DNA of 64,000 nt from Flavobacteriaceae bacterium (GTDB lineage: Bacteria; Bacteroidota; Bacteroidia; Flavobacteriales; Flavobacteriaceae), in contig JAAZVY010000001.1 in NCBI GenBank assembly GCA_018623195.1, positions 15,193 through 79,192 on the forward strand, read 5' to 3'. The position numbers were made by a program, and so were the translations under genes. Shown here one piece after another: positions 40,395 to 51,179 of the stretch; within the stretch, counting starts at the first letter, position 1, and each line of letters opens with the position of its first letter. The notes beneath the pieces were generated by a model. The model was not told the origin of the DNA, did no database searches, and was given only the letters and a program-made list of their open reading frames with translations.

Positions 40395-42257
40395 ATGTCA
40401 AATACTCAATATACCGAAGATAATATACGATCGCTCGACTGGAGAGAACATATCCGGTTGCGACCAGGTATGTATATCGGTAAGTTAGGGGACGGATCTA
40501 GTGCTGACGATGGAATTTACATTCTACTAAAAGAAATTTTAGATAACAGTATCGATGAATTTGTCATGGGTGCTGGTAAAACCATCGAAATTTCGATTAA
40601 AGACCAACGGGTGATTGTAAGAGATTACGGTCGGGGTATTCCTCTCGGAAAGCTCGTAGACGTGGTTTCAAAGATGAACACGGGTGGAAAGTATGATACC
40701 CGTGCTTTTAAAAAATCTGTAGGTCTTAATGGAGTAGGTACTAAAGCAGTTAATGCGCTCTCTACCTATTTCAAGGTGAGCTCCTTTAGAGATAACAAAG
40801 AGCGTCATGCAGAGTTTGAAAAAGGGGTCCTCTCAAACGACAATGAATCAGATTCGAAGCAACGCAAAGGCACTCGAACCGAATATGTCCCTGACGCAGA
40901 TATCTTTAAAAATTTCAGATACCGTGATGAATATGTAGAGCGGATGCTGAAAAACTATGTGTATCTCAATCCGGGATTAACCATCGTTTTTAATGGAGAA
41001 AAGTTCTATTCTGAAAATGGATTAAAGGACTTACTCGAAGACCAAAATCCATCAGAAGATTTTCTTTATCCGATCATCCACCTTAAAGGAGATGATATTG
41101 AGGTTGCCATTACTCATTCTAAAACCCAGTATAACGAAGAATACCATTCGTTTGTTAATGGTCAGCACACTACCCAAGGAGGTACGCATCAAGCTGCATT
41201 TAGAGAAGCAATCGTTAAAACTTTAAGAGATTTTTACGGCAAAAATTACGATGCTTCAGATATTAGAAAGTCTATCATTTCTGCTATTGCCATAAAGGTA
41301 ATGGAGCCGGTTTTCGAAAGTCAGACTAAAACCAAACTGGGATCTACTGATATGGGAGGTGATTTACCTACCGTTAGAACCTATGTGAATGATTTTATTG
41401 GTCATCATTTAGACAATTATCTTCATAAAAATCCTGAAGTTGCTGATCAAATTCAGCGTAAAATTCTTCAGGCCGAAAAAGAGCGAAAAGAACTATCTGG
41501 GATTAGAAAATTAGCTAAGGAACGTGCTAAAAAAGCTAGTCTACACAATAAGAAATTGAGAGATTGCCGTGTACATCTCACCAACTTGAAAAATGATCGA
41601 CGTCTCGAATCTACCTTGTTTATTACCGAGGGAGACTCTGCTTCAGGATCGATTACCAAATCTCGTGACGTAAATACTCAAGCTGTTTTTAGTTTAAGAG
41701 GAAAACCTTTGAACTCATACGGGATGAGCAAAAAAATCGTTTATGAGAATGAAGAATTTAATTTGCTACAAGCAGCCTTAAACATTGAAGATTCAATGGA
41801 GGATTTACGATATAACAATATCGTAATTGCTACTGATGCGGATGTTGATGGAATGCACATACGACTGCTTTTAATTACGTTCTTTTTGCAGTTCTTTCCT
41901 GAATTAATTAAGGAGAATCACTTATATATTCTTCAAACCCCTCTTTTTAGAGTTCGTAATAAGAAGAAGACGATTTATTGCTACAGTGAAACAGAGCGAA
42001 TAGAAGCTATTGCTGAATTAGGTACTAAACCTGAAATTACACGATTTAAAGGTTTAGGTGAAATTTCACCCGAAGAGTTCAAACATTTCATCGGTGAGTC
42101 GATTCGTCTAGAGCCGATACTTCTCGATAAAGCGATGAGCATTGATCAGTTACTCAATTTTTACATGGGTAAGAATACTCCTGATCGTCAAGAATTCGTA
42201 ATTAATAATCTTAAAGTTGAACTAGATCTAGTTGATGAGCGAGCTACCACCGAATGA
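40395..42257 (+). CDS. parE: DNA topoisomerase IV subunit B (type IIA topoisomerase ATPase/TOPRIM subunit)
   Basis: 620 aa with a GHKL ATPase ([15 protein letters not shown]), a TOPRIM domain ([16 protein letters not shown]) and the PLRGK-equivalent SLRGKPLN. Its short length and its position next to a ParC-like gene favour ParE over GyrB. Confidence 0.88.
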   Translation: MSNTQYTEDNIRSLDWREHIRLRPGMYIGKLGDGSSADDGIYILLKEILDNSIDEFVMGAGKTIEISIKDQRVIVRDYGRGIPLGKLVDVVSKMNTGGKYDTRAFKKSVGLNGVGTKAVNALSTYFKVSSFRDNKERHAEFEKGVLSNDNESDSKQRKGTRTEYVPDADIFKNFRYRDEYVERMLKNYVYLNPGLTIVFNGEKFYSENGLKDLLEDQNPSEDFLYPIIHLKGDDIEVAITHSKTQYNEEYHSFVNGQHTTQGGTHQAAFREAIVKTLRDFYGKNYDASDIRKSIISAIAIKVMEPVFESQTKTKLGSTDMGGDLPTVRTYVNDFIGHHLDNYLHKNPEVADQIQRKILQAEKERKELSGIRKLAKERAKKASLHNKKLRDCRVHLTNLKNDRRLESTLFITEGDSASGSITKSRDVNTQAVFSLRGKPLNSYGMSKKIVYENEEFNLLQAALNIEDSMEDLRYNNIVIATDADVDGMHIRLLLITFFLQFFPELIKENHLYILQTPLFRVRNKKKTIYCYSETERIEAIAELGTKPEITRFKGLGEISPEEFKHFIGESIRLEPILLDKAMSIDQLLNFYMGKNTPDRQEFVINNLKVELDLVDERATTE

Positions 42258-44838
42258 ATTAAATCAAGATTCTGAACCGAATGAACGGATGGTTACCGTT
42301 TCGGGGATGTATCAAGATTGGTTTCTTGATTATGCTTCCTATGTGATATTAGAGCGTGCAGTTCCTGCTATCGAAGATGGGTTTAAACCCGTTCAACGCC
42401 GAATTCTTCATGCCTTGAAAGAGCTTGATGATGGAAGGTACAATAAGGTTGCAAATGTCGTTGGCCATACAATGCAATACCATCCGCATGGTGATGCAAG
42501 TATCTCAGATGCAATGGTACAAATCGGGCAAAAAGAATTACTTATTGATACTCAAGGAAACTGGGGTAACATACTTACAGGTGATGGTGCGGCAGCTTCT
42601 AGATATATAGAAGCTAGGCTTACCAAATTTGCATTAGACGTCGTTTATAGCCCAAAGATTACCGATTGGCAAAGTTCTTATGACGGAAGAAAGAAGGAAC
42701 CTGTTCATTTGCCAGTAAAGTTCCCGATGCTACTTGCTCAAGGGGCTGAGGGTATTGCAGTAGGTTTATCTACCAAAATTCTTCCACATAATTTCATTGA
42801 ACTTATTGACGCCAGTGTGGCGTATTTGAATAATCGAAGTTTTTCGTTGGTGCCTGATTTCCCTACCGGAGGTATTGTTGATGCCACCCAGTATAACGAT
42901 GGTTTACGAGGGGGGAGAGTTAGAGTCAGGGCGAGAATTGAAATTCAGGACAAGTCGACGCTTGTTATACAGGAAATACCCTACGGCACCAACACCTCTT
43001 CTCTTATAGACTCTATTTTAAAGGCTAATGATAAGGGGAAGATTAAAATTAAAAAGGTAGAAGATAATACTGCAGAAAATGTAGAAATCTTAATACACCT
43101 ACCCACTGGGATTTCCCCAGACAAAACGATTGATGCTCTTTATGCGTTTACTTCTTGTGAAGTTTCTATTGCCCCATTGGCCTGTGTAATCGAAGATCAT
43201 AAGCCTGCATTTATTGATGTAAAAACAATATTAAAGCGCTCCACCGATCATACGGTGGAATTATTAAAGTCTGAACTTGAAATTCAATTAAAAGAGCTTC
43301 AAGAACAATGGCATTTTTCTTCGTTGGAACGTATTTTCATTGAAAATCGAATCTATCGAGAGATTGAAGAAGAAGAAACCTGGGAAGGGGTAATTTCTGC
43401 AATTGATAGAGGGCTTCAACCTCATATTACTCACCTGAAAAGAGCGGTTACCGAAGAGGATATCGTAAGACTTACTGAGATTCGAATCAAGCGTATTTCT
43501 AAGTTTGATATCGATAAAGCAGCTGCATATATTGAATCATTAGAGGATCAAATTGATGAAGTAGAAAACCATCTCGCTCACATTGTTGATTTTGCCATTA
43601 ATTACTTCAAATCACTGAAAAAGAAGTACGGTGAAGGAAAAGAACGCAAATCAGAATTAAGAGTTTTTGATACCATAGAGGCCACTAAAGTGGTTATCCG
43701 AAACCTTAAACTTTATGTGAATAGAGAGGAAGGTTTTGTAGGTACTGGGCTTCGTAAAGATGAATATGTCGCTGACTGTAGTGACATTGATGATTTTATC
43801 GTCTTTTTTGCTGATGGATCAATGCAGGTTAGTAAGGTCGATTCTAAAGTCTTTGTAGGTAAAGAAATCATACACGTTGGCATCTTCAAGAAAAATGATT
43901 CGCGAATGGTGTACAACATGGTTTATAAGCTTCCTAAGAAAGGGCCTTCATTTATAAAAAGGTTCGCAGTGACCTCTGTGACTAGAGACCGCAAATATTC
44001 ATTAACCTCTAATGTTGAGGATTGTCAGGTCTTGTATTTTAGTGCTAACCCGAATGGGGAAGCCGAAACCATAACGGTTTTCCTAAAACCTACAGGAAGT
44101 ATTAAAAAGTTGAAATGGGATATTGATTTTGCAGATATCCTGATTAAAGGGAGAGGGTCAAAGGGTAATTTGGTTTCGAAACATACCGTTAAGAAAATTG
44201 AATTTAAAGATTCTGGTAAATCAACTCTAAAACCTCGTGAACTTTGGTATGATTCGATCACTAGAAGATTGAATTCTGAAGATAGAGGTGAGTATTTGGG
44301 TGCCTTCAAAGGAGATGATCTCTTACTGATCGTTACCTCTGATGGAATGGTGAAAACCGTTACTCCGGATTTAGCACTTCACATGCCCGACAACTTGTTG
44401 CGATTAGAAAAGTGGATACCTGCAAAACCTCTATCAGTATTATATTACGAGGGAGAAAGAGAGCGATACTTTTTAAAGCGATTCTTAATAGAGCAAGAAT
44501 TGAAAGAGGAGCTGGTTATCAGTGAATCGAAAGGATCTGAATTAATCTCATTTTTGACTGATCATCGCCCAATCCTTCGTTTAGAGTTTGCTAAGCCAAG
44601 AGGAAAAGATCCATTACCCGACTTAACTATCAATGTAGAGGATTTTATTAGCGTTAAGGGGATTAAGGCTCTAGGTAATCAGGTCACCACAAATAAGATC
44701 AAACAAGTGCATGTTGAAGACTCTTTACCTTTCGAGGAAGCAGAGATTGATAAGGATGAGATCGATGAGTCAAACAATGAAGGTTCAAATGATGATGGTG
44801 ATTCACAAAATAAAGGAGGAGAACTAACTCTTTTCTAA
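42235..44838 (+). CDS. parC: DNA topoisomerase IV subunit A
   Basis: About 867 aa. It has a [11 protein letters not shown] winged-helix start and a catalytic Tyr region ([10 protein letters not shown]). A beta-pinwheel C-terminal domain and an acidic tail follow. It overlaps the end of parE. Confidence 0.88.
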   Translation: MSELPPNELNQDSEPNERMVTVSGMYQDWFLDYASYVILERAVPAIEDGFKPVQRRILHALKELDDGRYNKVANVVGHTMQYHPHGDASISDAMVQIGQKELLIDTQGNWGNILTGDGAAASRYIEARLTKFALDVVYSPKITDWQSSYDGRKKEPVHLPVKFPMLLAQGAEGIAVGLSTKILPHNFIELIDASVAYLNNRSFSLVPDFPTGGIVDATQYNDGLRGGRVRVRARIEIQDKSTLVIQEIPYGTNTSSLIDSILKANDKGKIKIKKVEDNTAENVEILIHLPTGISPDKTIDALYAFTSCEVSIAPLACVIEDHKPAFIDVKTILKRSTDHTVELLKSELEIQLKELQEQWHFSSLERIFIENRIYREIEEEETWEGVISAIDRGLQPHITHLKRAVTEEDIVRLTEIRIKRISKFDIDKAAAYIESLEDQIDEVENHLAHIVDFAINYFKSLKKKYGEGKERKSELRVFDTIEATKVVIRNLKLYVNREEGFVGTGLRKDEYVADCSDIDDFIVFFADGSMQVSKVDSKVFVGKEIIHVGIFKKNDSRMVYNMVYKLPKKGPSFIKRFAVTSVTRDRKYSLTSNVEDCQVLYFSANPNGEAETITVFLKPTGSIKKLKWDIDFADILIKGRGSKGNLVSKHTVKKIEFKDSGKSTLKPRELWYDSITRRLNSEDRGEYLGAFKGDDLLLIVTSDGMVKTVTPDLALHMPDNLLRLEKWIPAKPLSVLYYEGERERYFLKRFLIEQELKEELVISESKGSELISFLTDHRPILRLEFAKPRGKDPLPDLTINVEDFISVKGIKALGNQVTTNKIKQVHVEDSLPFEEAEIDKDEIDESNNEGSNDDGDSQNKGGELTLF

Positions 44839-45216
44839 AGACCGTATTTTTTTAGCATAGCCTCTCATTTTGATAGGTTCAGATAAGTATCCATATTCAA
44901 ATCGATAACCATTCACATCGGTTTCAAGAATTTTGATATGAATAGCCTCCTTTTCCTGATTATTTTTTGGGTTTTTATTTCGAAGAATCATTTCACAATC
45001 ATTAATCCATCTTACCGAGGAAGTATCTACTTGATTTTGAAATCGATCAATCTCGTAGTCTTCATGTCGCTCAAAAATAGAAATTAAGGTGTCTGAGTCT
45101 GTGATTGCCACGAATTCAAAAATCCCAGTTTTAAAATCTGAACAATTTCTTTCAGGTGCTCTAAAACAAGAGCTAAAGAAAAGAAGAACAACGAATAAAG
45201 ATAAAGGTGATTTCAA
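44824..45216 (-). CDS. hypothetical lipoprotein
   Basis: 130 aa with a lipoprotein-type signal peptide (LFVVLLFFSSC). It is convergent with parC and overlaps it by 15 nt. Confidence 0.55.
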   Translation of the reverse strand: MKSPLSLFVVLLFFSSCFRAPERNCSDFKTGIFEFVAITDSDTLISIFERHEDYEIDRFQNQVDTSSVRWINDCEMILRNKNPKNNQEKEAIHIKILETDVNGYRFEYGYLSEPIKMRGYAKKIRSLEKS

Positions 45217-45263
45217 GCGTATGAATTTGATTCAAATACAAATATACTATTACCTTGCGTGAG

Positions 45264-46307
45264 ATGTTTAAAGAACGTTATTTTCCAAGTAGTCGCCTGA
45301 ATGGTTGGCTAACAGCCCATGCGATTCAAACTGAAATTATTGGTAACTCTGAGCTAGGAAAACCCATTCATGCGATACGTTTAGGAGTGGGTCCTGTTAA
45401 GATTCTTATGTGGTCACAAATGCATGGCAATGAATCAACCACAACCAGAGGATTACTTATCTGGCTTGAAAAGTATCTTCAATCTCCTTCTTACCATGAA
45501 GAGTTAAGCCTTCTTATTATACCACAACTAAACCCTGACGGTGCCGATAGATATACGCGAGCCAACGGAAAGGGTATAGATCTTAATCGTGATGCACTTA
45601 CTCAGTCACAAAGCGAGATTAAGACTCTCATGCGAGTCGTTGAAGAATTTCAACCTGATTACAACCTGAATTTACACGATCAAAGAACCCGATTTACGGT
45701 TGGTGATACCGATAAGGAAGCCGCTTTATCCTTTCTGTCAGCTGCAGCCGATAAATCTCGTAAGATAACTCCTACACGAATTTTAGCTATGCGTCTGATT
45801 AATCATATGGTATCATCTTTACCTGACGATTTTAAGATGTATGTGGGAAGATATGACGACGGTTTTAACCCAAATTGTACTGGGGATTACTTTCATGCTA
45901 AAGGTATACCGACCGTGCTTTTTGAGGCCGGTCAATTAGGTAAGGATTATACAAGAACAGAGGTTGCGTCGATTATTGCCCAATGCTTGTCGAATCTTTT
46001 AGAATTTTTATCTAAACCAATACCTGAACAATCAAACGAGGTAATTTTTAAAGAATATTGTCAAATACCAGAAAACAAAACGAATAGTTACGACGAACTA
46101 GTCATTACAGAGCAGTATCAATTCTATGTAAGATATATCGAGGAGCTAGTTAATAATCAAATAGATACTTTCTTTGAATTCACCTCAAACGATAAGGTGG
46201 ATTCAAGTATTTTAAACTTTAGACAAATTTTAGACTATCGAAAGGCAACACTCGAGGAACAGCAATTAATTAGTCTGAGATTAAGTAAATATCTTGAAAA
46301 TGAATAA
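45264..46307 (+). CDS. M14-family zinc carboxypeptidase-like protein
   Basis: HxxE zinc motif (QMHGNEST), plus DLNRD and LHDQ segments. I chose the ATG at 45264; the track starts at TTG 45255. Confidence 0.7.
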   Translation: MFKERYFPSSRLNGWLTAHAIQTEIIGNSELGKPIHAIRLGVGPVKILMWSQMHGNESTTTRGLLIWLEKYLQSPSYHEELSLLIIPQLNPDGADRYTRANGKGIDLNRDALTQSQSEIKTLMRVVEEFQPDYNLNLHDQRTRFTVGDTDKEAALSFLSAAADKSRKITPTRILAMRLINHMVSSLPDDFKMYVGRYDDGFNPNCTGDYFHAKGIPTVLFEAGQLGKDYTRTEVASIIAQCLSNLLEFLSKPIPEQSNEVIFKEYCQIPENKTNSYDELVITEQYQFYVRYIEELVNNQIDTFFEFTSNDKVDSSILNFRQILDYRKATLEEQQLISLRLSKYLENE

Positions 46308-46364
46308 TTCTTAGAAATTTTGAATAAAATTGAATTATTTGTAAGATTTTCTTCAGTTCTGTAG

Positions 46365-46372
46365 TATTTTTG
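46365..46372 (+). promoter_or_regulatory. -7 box (TATTTTTG)
   Basis: Exact TAnnTTTG match, 17 nt upstream of the ATG at 46389. Confidence 0.4.
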
Positions 46373-46388
46373 CCGAAAATTCAAGAAA

Positions 46389-46868
46389 ATGCCAAAGGTT
46401 AAATTAGACGAGATTGATCACCAAATACTGGATATGTTAATTGAGAATACTCGTATTCCTTATACTGACATCGCCAAAAAACTTTTGATTTCAGCCGGAA
46501 CCGTTCATGTACGTGTTAAAAAAATGGAAGATGCTGACCTTATTAAAGGGTCATCGTTGACTTTAGATTATGAAAAATTAGGTTATTCATTTATCGCTTA
46601 CGTCGGAATTTTTCTAGAAAAGACGCACATGACCAAATTTGTTCTTGAGCGTTTGGCTGATATTCCATACGTTACTGTAGCGCATATTACCACCGGTAAG
46701 TTTAATATCTTCTGCAAGATCAGAGCTAAGGATACTACTCATGCAAAAAATATCATTTTTAAAATTGATGATATCGATGGTGTAAGTAGAACGGAGACAA
46801 TGATTGCCATGGAGGAGTCGATCAATGACAAAAAGCGACTCATGCATACGATCTTTAGAGAGTTATAA
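46389..46868 (+). CDS. Lrp/AsnC family transcriptional regulator
   Basis: 159 aa with an N-terminal HTH (LDEIDHQILDMLIENTRIPYTDIAKKLLISAGTVHVRVKKM) and a C-terminal RAM/AsnC_trans_reg domain. Confidence 0.9.
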   Translation: MPKVKLDEIDHQILDMLIENTRIPYTDIAKKLLISAGTVHVRVKKMEDADLIKGSSLTLDYEKLGYSFIAYVGIFLEKTHMTKFVLERLADIPYVTVAHITTGKFNIFCKIRAKDTTHAKNIIFKIDDIDGVSRTETMIAMEESINDKKRLMHTIFREL

Positions 46869-47903
46869 AATGATCTCTTTATAATAGGAGAAGGCTTTTA
46901 GTACATCGTCAGCCTCAAGGGGTACATCATAGACTGCTTTTCCTATTTTTTCTAACCCAACAAAACGAACACTACCGTGTTCGTTTTTTTTGTCCTGCTT
47001 GGTAAGTTCAATGATCGCTTGGTAATCATCAGGGTTGACTGTTGGTAAGTCATAAAGGCTCTGAATATGTTTAGTGATGGTTACTAAGTCCTCATTAGGT
47101 AAACCTAACCTTGTATAGGACAGGTACGCCTCTAGAATCATTCCGACCGCGATAGCTTCCCCATGTAGTAAAGAGGAAGGAGTTTCGAGGTAAAAACTCT
47201 CTATCGCATGGCCTAGGGTATGTCCAAAATTTAAAATCTTTCGTAGACCTTTTTCAGTAGGGTCTTGAGCGACCACAGCCTGTTTAATGGAAACAGAATC
47301 ACTAATAAATGACATCAAATCATTAAAATTAGAAATTACCTCGTCGAAATGCTTCGGGTCGTAGATAAGACCGTGTTTGATCATCTCTGCAGCCCCACTG
47401 CGAATTTGATTCGCTGGTAAACTCTTTAAAAATATAGAATGAACCCAAGTGAATTCGGGAGCTGAGAAAACACCAATTTGATTTTTAAAACTTCCGAAAT
47501 CCACTCCTGTTTTTCCGCCTGTAGAAGCATCAACCATCGCAAGTAGGGTAGTGGGGATGTTAACAAATCTGATTCCTCGTTTGTAGCAACTCGCAGCAAA
47601 ACCTCCTAAGTCAGTTAGAACACCACCGCCTAAATTGATAAGGAGTGCTTTTCTATCTGCATTGACTTTTGTTAATTCTTGCCAGACAATATTGCAAGTT
47701 TCAATCGTTTTATGCGACTCACCTGTAGGGATAAGGATAAGGGTAAAATCTCGAAGATTCACCATTTCATTTAAAACAGGCAAACACAACTCTGCAGTGA
47801 TTTGATCGCACAGAACAAAGGTTTTTGAAATGCCCGAATCTAGCATCAGCTTTTCAAAGGGTTCTACGCCTAAATAATCAAAATAGACTTCGTGAGTTTT
47901 CAT
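46863..47903 (-). CDS. aroB: 3-dehydroquinate synthase
   Basis: 346 aa with the NAD-binding GGGVLTDLGGFAA motif and the metal-binding NFGHTLGHAIE...HGEAIA motifs. Confidence 0.9.
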   Translation of the reverse strand: MKTHEVYFDYLGVEPFEKLMLDSGISKTFVLCDQITAELCLPVLNEMVNLRDFTLILIPTGESHKTIETCNIVWQELTKVNADRKALLINLGGGVLTDLGGFAASCYKRGIRFVNIPTTLLAMVDASTGGKTGVDFGSFKNQIGVFSAPEFTWVHSIFLKSLPANQIRSGAAEMIKHGLIYDPKHFDEVISNFNDLMSFISDSVSIKQAVVAQDPTEKGLRKILNFGHTLGHAIESFYLETPSSLLHGEAIAVGMILEAYLSYTRLGLPNEDLVTITKHIQSLYDLPTVNPDDYQAIIELTKQDKKNEHGSVRFVGLEKIGKAVYDVPLEADDVLKAFSYYKEIIL

Positions 47904-47971
47904 AGGGGTTAAATATACTATGGTATGTTTAGAATAAGGACTCTTTGAAATATCTTTACTAAAAAAAGAGC

Positions 47972-49150
47972 ATGAATTCAGATTTAAAGTTTGATAATAC
48001 CGAGATTGCCTTTTCTCAAAAGTCCTCTTCCGAACTACGTAAAGCGTATTTAATGTTCAAAATGATGAGCAATCCGAGATGGGTTTCTTTAGGTTCTAAC
48101 TTGGCTCTTTTCGGTTTAAAGACTAGGCTACCATTGATACCGCAAATTATTAAGTCAACCGTTTTTAGACAGTTTTGTGGAGGTGTTAATCGCTCAGATT
48201 GTTCAGATTTAGTTTCTGATTTGAATCAAAATGGGGTAAAGGCCATTTTAGATTATTCTGTAGAAGGTCAAGAATCTGAAGTACAATACGACAAGAAAAC
48301 GGCTTCGATTATAGATTCACTCCAAACGGTAAATGGAAATGATGGGGAGGCCTTTGGTGTATTTAAACCAACGGCAATAGGTGCTTATTCGGTCTTCGAA
48401 AATGCTTTAAATACGGATGCTAACCAAGATACCAAGGAGGCGTTTGAACGTATTCGTAAACGATATGTATCGATATTTAATGAGGCTGCTAGATTGAAGG
48501 TGAGAATCCTTATTGATGCGGAAGAAACTTGGATGCAGGATTCGGCTGATCTTTTGGCCCTAGAAATGATGGAAAGATTTAATACGAATGACCTTATCGT
48601 ATATAATACCTTTCAAATGTATCGCCATGACCGGCTAGAGGTCTTAAGTTCATGGATATCTACCGGAAGAAATAAAGGGTTTAAAGTTGGGGCTAAACTT
48701 GTTAGAGGAGCCTATATGGAAAAGGAGCGGGAAAGGGCTTTAAAATTGGGGTATAACTCACCTATCTGTAAAGACAAACAAGCAACGGATAATAATTTCG
48801 ACAATGCTATCCATTTAGTCTTTGAAAATATAGATCACTGCGGTTTAGTGATAGGTTCTCATAACGAAGCGAGTACCCTGCTTACGAGCACCCTTATGAA
48901 AGAAAAAGGGATTGAGCCTGGAGACCCAAGGATTTCATTTGCGCAACTATTTGGTATGAGCGATCAAATCACCTATAATCTTGCTGCTCACTCTTACAAC
49001 GCCATAAAATTAATCCCTTATGGCCCTATCAGAGATGTGTTACCTTATCTCATAAGAAGGGCAGAGGAAAATACTTCTGTTGCCGGTCAAACGGGGAGAG
49101 AATTGACTCTGATTACCAAGGAATTAAAGAGAAGAAAAATTCTGAACTAA
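47972..49150 (+). CDS. monofunctional proline dehydrogenase
   Basis: 392 aa with PRODH TIM-barrel features (VRGAYMEKERERA, FAQLFGMSD, YGPIRDVLPYLIRRAEEN). Confidence 0.85.
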   Translation: MNSDLKFDNTEIAFSQKSSSELRKAYLMFKMMSNPRWVSLGSNLALFGLKTRLPLIPQIIKSTVFRQFCGGVNRSDCSDLVSDLNQNGVKAILDYSVEGQESEVQYDKKTASIIDSLQTVNGNDGEAFGVFKPTAIGAYSVFENALNTDANQDTKEAFERIRKRYVSIFNEAARLKVRILIDAEETWMQDSADLLALEMMERFNTNDLIVYNTFQMYRHDRLEVLSSWISTGRNKGFKVGAKLVRGAYMEKERERALKLGYNSPICKDKQATDNNFDNAIHLVFENIDHCGLVIGSHNEASTLLTSTLMKEKGIEPGDPRISFAQLFGMSDQITYNLAAHSYNAIKLIPYGPIRDVLPYLIRRAEENTSVAGQTGRELTLITKELKRRKILN

Positions 49151-49152
49151 CC

Positions 49153-49479
49153 TTATTCAATCAGCCTCACTCCTTCCGGGCAACGAGCGATTCTGTATTC
49201 AATACCAGCACTTTCAAAAAGGTATTGCTTACAAGGTTCTTTTCGAGGTTCACTTCTTTTGAAGTCGATAGAGGCGTCTTCTAGGAGTTTTGCAATTTTT
49301 AAACTATCCTGTCCCTTTATCACATTCGCGGTTCTTAGATCCTTGACAACTCTACAATTAGGTAAATAACAAAAGTCTACACCTTGGCCATCGGTTTTTT
49401 TATCAACGATAAACCACAAGAAAACTGAACCAATTCCTAATCCAATAAGATACCAGAATAATCGCTTAAGGAAAGCCAT
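49153..49479 (-). CDS. hypothetical membrane-anchored protein
   Basis: 108 aa with one N-terminal transmembrane helix (LFWYLIGLGIGSVFLWFIV). It is tightly packed, 1 nt from the upstream gene. Confidence 0.55.
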   Translation of the reverse strand: MAFLKRLFWYLIGLGIGSVFLWFIVDKKTDGQGVDFCYLPNCRVVKDLRTANVIKGQDSLKIAKLLEDASIDFKRSEPRKEPCKQYLFESAGIEYRIARCPEGVRLIE

Positions 49480-49480
49480 A

Positions 49481-50674
49481 TTAGAGTGTTAATAGCGAAA
49501 GATTTCGAAAGGGTAAAGGAAACCAATCGGCTACAAAGTTACTAGTTAAATAACCGTTATAGGTATAAACACCTGACTGTAATTCTTGAGAATTTTTAAA
49601 TCCTTCTGGCACCCCTCCATTCGAAGTCAATTTAAGAAGATAGGAAACCACTAATGCGTTGAGCGCGATAGAGGAGGTTTTAGGGTATCTCGATGGAATA
49701 TTAGGAACCCCATAATGAATTACGTCATAAATAACACGAATAGGATCGTCATGGGTGGTTAGCTCTGAAGTTTCGATACACCCTCCACTGTCGATACTAA
49801 CATCGACAATGATTGATCCTGATTTCATTTGAGCAACCATAGATTCTAAAACAACTATCGGAGCTCTTTTTTCTCCCGTAAGGGTTCCAATAACAACATC
49901 CGCGGTTTTAAGATGCTTCGATATTCCCTCTTGGGAAAGGGTAGAGGTATGTAAATTAGGTCCTATGTTGTTTCGAGCACTTCGTAATTTTGATAAATCA
50001 TTATCGTAAAGCGTTACATCGGATCCTAAAGATAATGCCGTTCGAGCAGCTTCTACTCCTGTAGTTTGTGCTCCTATAACCACGGTTTGAATGGGAGGAA
50101 CACCAGTAATACTTCCGAAAAGCAAACCTTTACCTTTATTAGAGGCAGAGAGTAATTCAGAGGCGATATGTATGGCACTTTGCCCAGCAATCTCACCTAA
50201 ACTTTCAACAAAAGGAAAATGATTAGATCCTTCTCGAATAAATTCTAAACCAATAGCAGTAATCTTCTTTTCAAGAAGCTTTTCAAAGTAGGCTTTTTCT
50301 TTAGTTTTTATCTGAAGTGCGGATAAAAGGGTACAGCCTACCGGAATCTTATCAATTTCTTCTAAGGTAAACGGGTCTATCTTGACAATAAACGGTGAGC
50401 CAAATACTCTTTTGTCATCGGCTGTAACTTCAGCACCCGACTCAGAGTAAGACCGATTATCATATCCTGCATGTAATCCTAAATCCTTCTCGATGATAAT
50501 TTCATGGCCTAATTGACAGAGCTGTTTAACTCCTTCAGGTGTGATTGCCACTCTTCTTTCTTGAAGTATTGAAGCTTTTGCAAAGCTTACCACTAGACGC
50601 TCCTTAGAATGGTTAACCCAAAGTCTTTCTTCTTGAGGTATAAGTTCAGATCTTGAAAATGGAGATTTACTCAT
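49481..50674 (-). CDS. alanine dehydrogenase / pyridine nucleotide transhydrogenase-alpha family NAD(H)-binding protein
   Basis: 397 aa with AlaDh_PNT N- and C-domains and a Rossmann motif (VVIGAQTTGVEAA). Confidence 0.7.
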   Translation of the reverse strand: MSKSPFSRSELIPQEERLWVNHSKERLVVSFAKASILQERRVAITPEGVKQLCQLGHEIIIEKDLGLHAGYDNRSYSESGAEVTADDKRVFGSPFIVKIDPFTLEEIDKIPVGCTLLSALQIKTKEKAYFEKLLEKKITAIGLEFIREGSNHFPFVESLGEIAGQSAIHIASELLSASNKGKGLLFGSITGVPPIQTVVIGAQTTGVEAARTALSLGSDVTLYDNDLSKLRSARNNIGPNLHTSTLSQEGISKHLKTADVVIGTLTGEKRAPIVVLESMVAQMKSGSIIVDVSIDSGGCIETSELTTHDDPIRVIYDVIHYGVPNIPSRYPKTSSIALNALVVSYLLKLTSNGGVPEGFKNSQELQSGVYTYNGYLTSNFVADWFPLPFRNLSLLTL

Positions 50675-50692
50675 GCTGGGAAAAATACAAAA

Positions 50693-51151
50693 TCAAGAAC
50701 GATAAACGCTCAATTTTCGCCGATTCTGTGAAGTGATTTCAATCGCGATCTTAATTGCTTTAGGATTAAATAGAGAAGACATACGTTCTGACCATTCAAT
50801 AAAGATTAAACTGTTCGATTCTAAATATTCGTCGAAACCAATATCATAAAGCTCTTCTTCGTTTTCGACTCGATAAAGATCGGCGTGAAATATAGGCTTG
50901 TGGTTAGGTAATTCATAAGTATTCACCAGGGAGAAGGTAGGGCTACTAATCGCATCTTTTACTCCTAAAATCCGTAAAACGGCCCTTATTAATGTGGTCT
51001 TTCCTGCACCCATTTCTCCTTCCAAATACACTTCACCTTTAGAAGGTAATTGTTTAACAATCTCCGAAGCGTATTGGTCGATATCTTCTAAGGTGTACTC
51101 AAGTACAAGGTCGGGATGTGCTTTCTTGCCTACTGACATATTTATGGTCAT
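50693..51151 (-). CDS. tsaE: tRNA threonylcarbamoyladenosine (t6A) biosynthesis ATPase TsaE
   Basis: Walker A LEGEMGAGKTTLIR, SPTFSLVN and HADLYR motifs. I shortened the start to the ATG at 51151 (51139 is also possible). The track extension would overlap the divergent gene. Confidence 0.85.
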   Translation of the reverse strand: MTINMSVGKKAHPDLVLEYTLEDIDQYASEIVKQLPSKGEVYLEGEMGAGKTTLIRAVLRILGVKDAISSPTFSLVNTYELPNHKPIFHADLYRVENEEELYDIGFDEYLESNSLIFIEWSERMSSLFNPKAIKIAIEITSQNRRKLSVYRS

Positions 51152-51171
51152 CTTTGTGACTCTATAAGTAT

Positions 51172-51179
51172 CAAAGATA
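51172..51179 (-). promoter_or_regulatory. possible -7 box (TATCTTTG on the minus strand) upstream of tsaE
   Basis: Exact TAnnTTTG match, 21 nt upstream of the ATG at 51151. Confidence 0.3.
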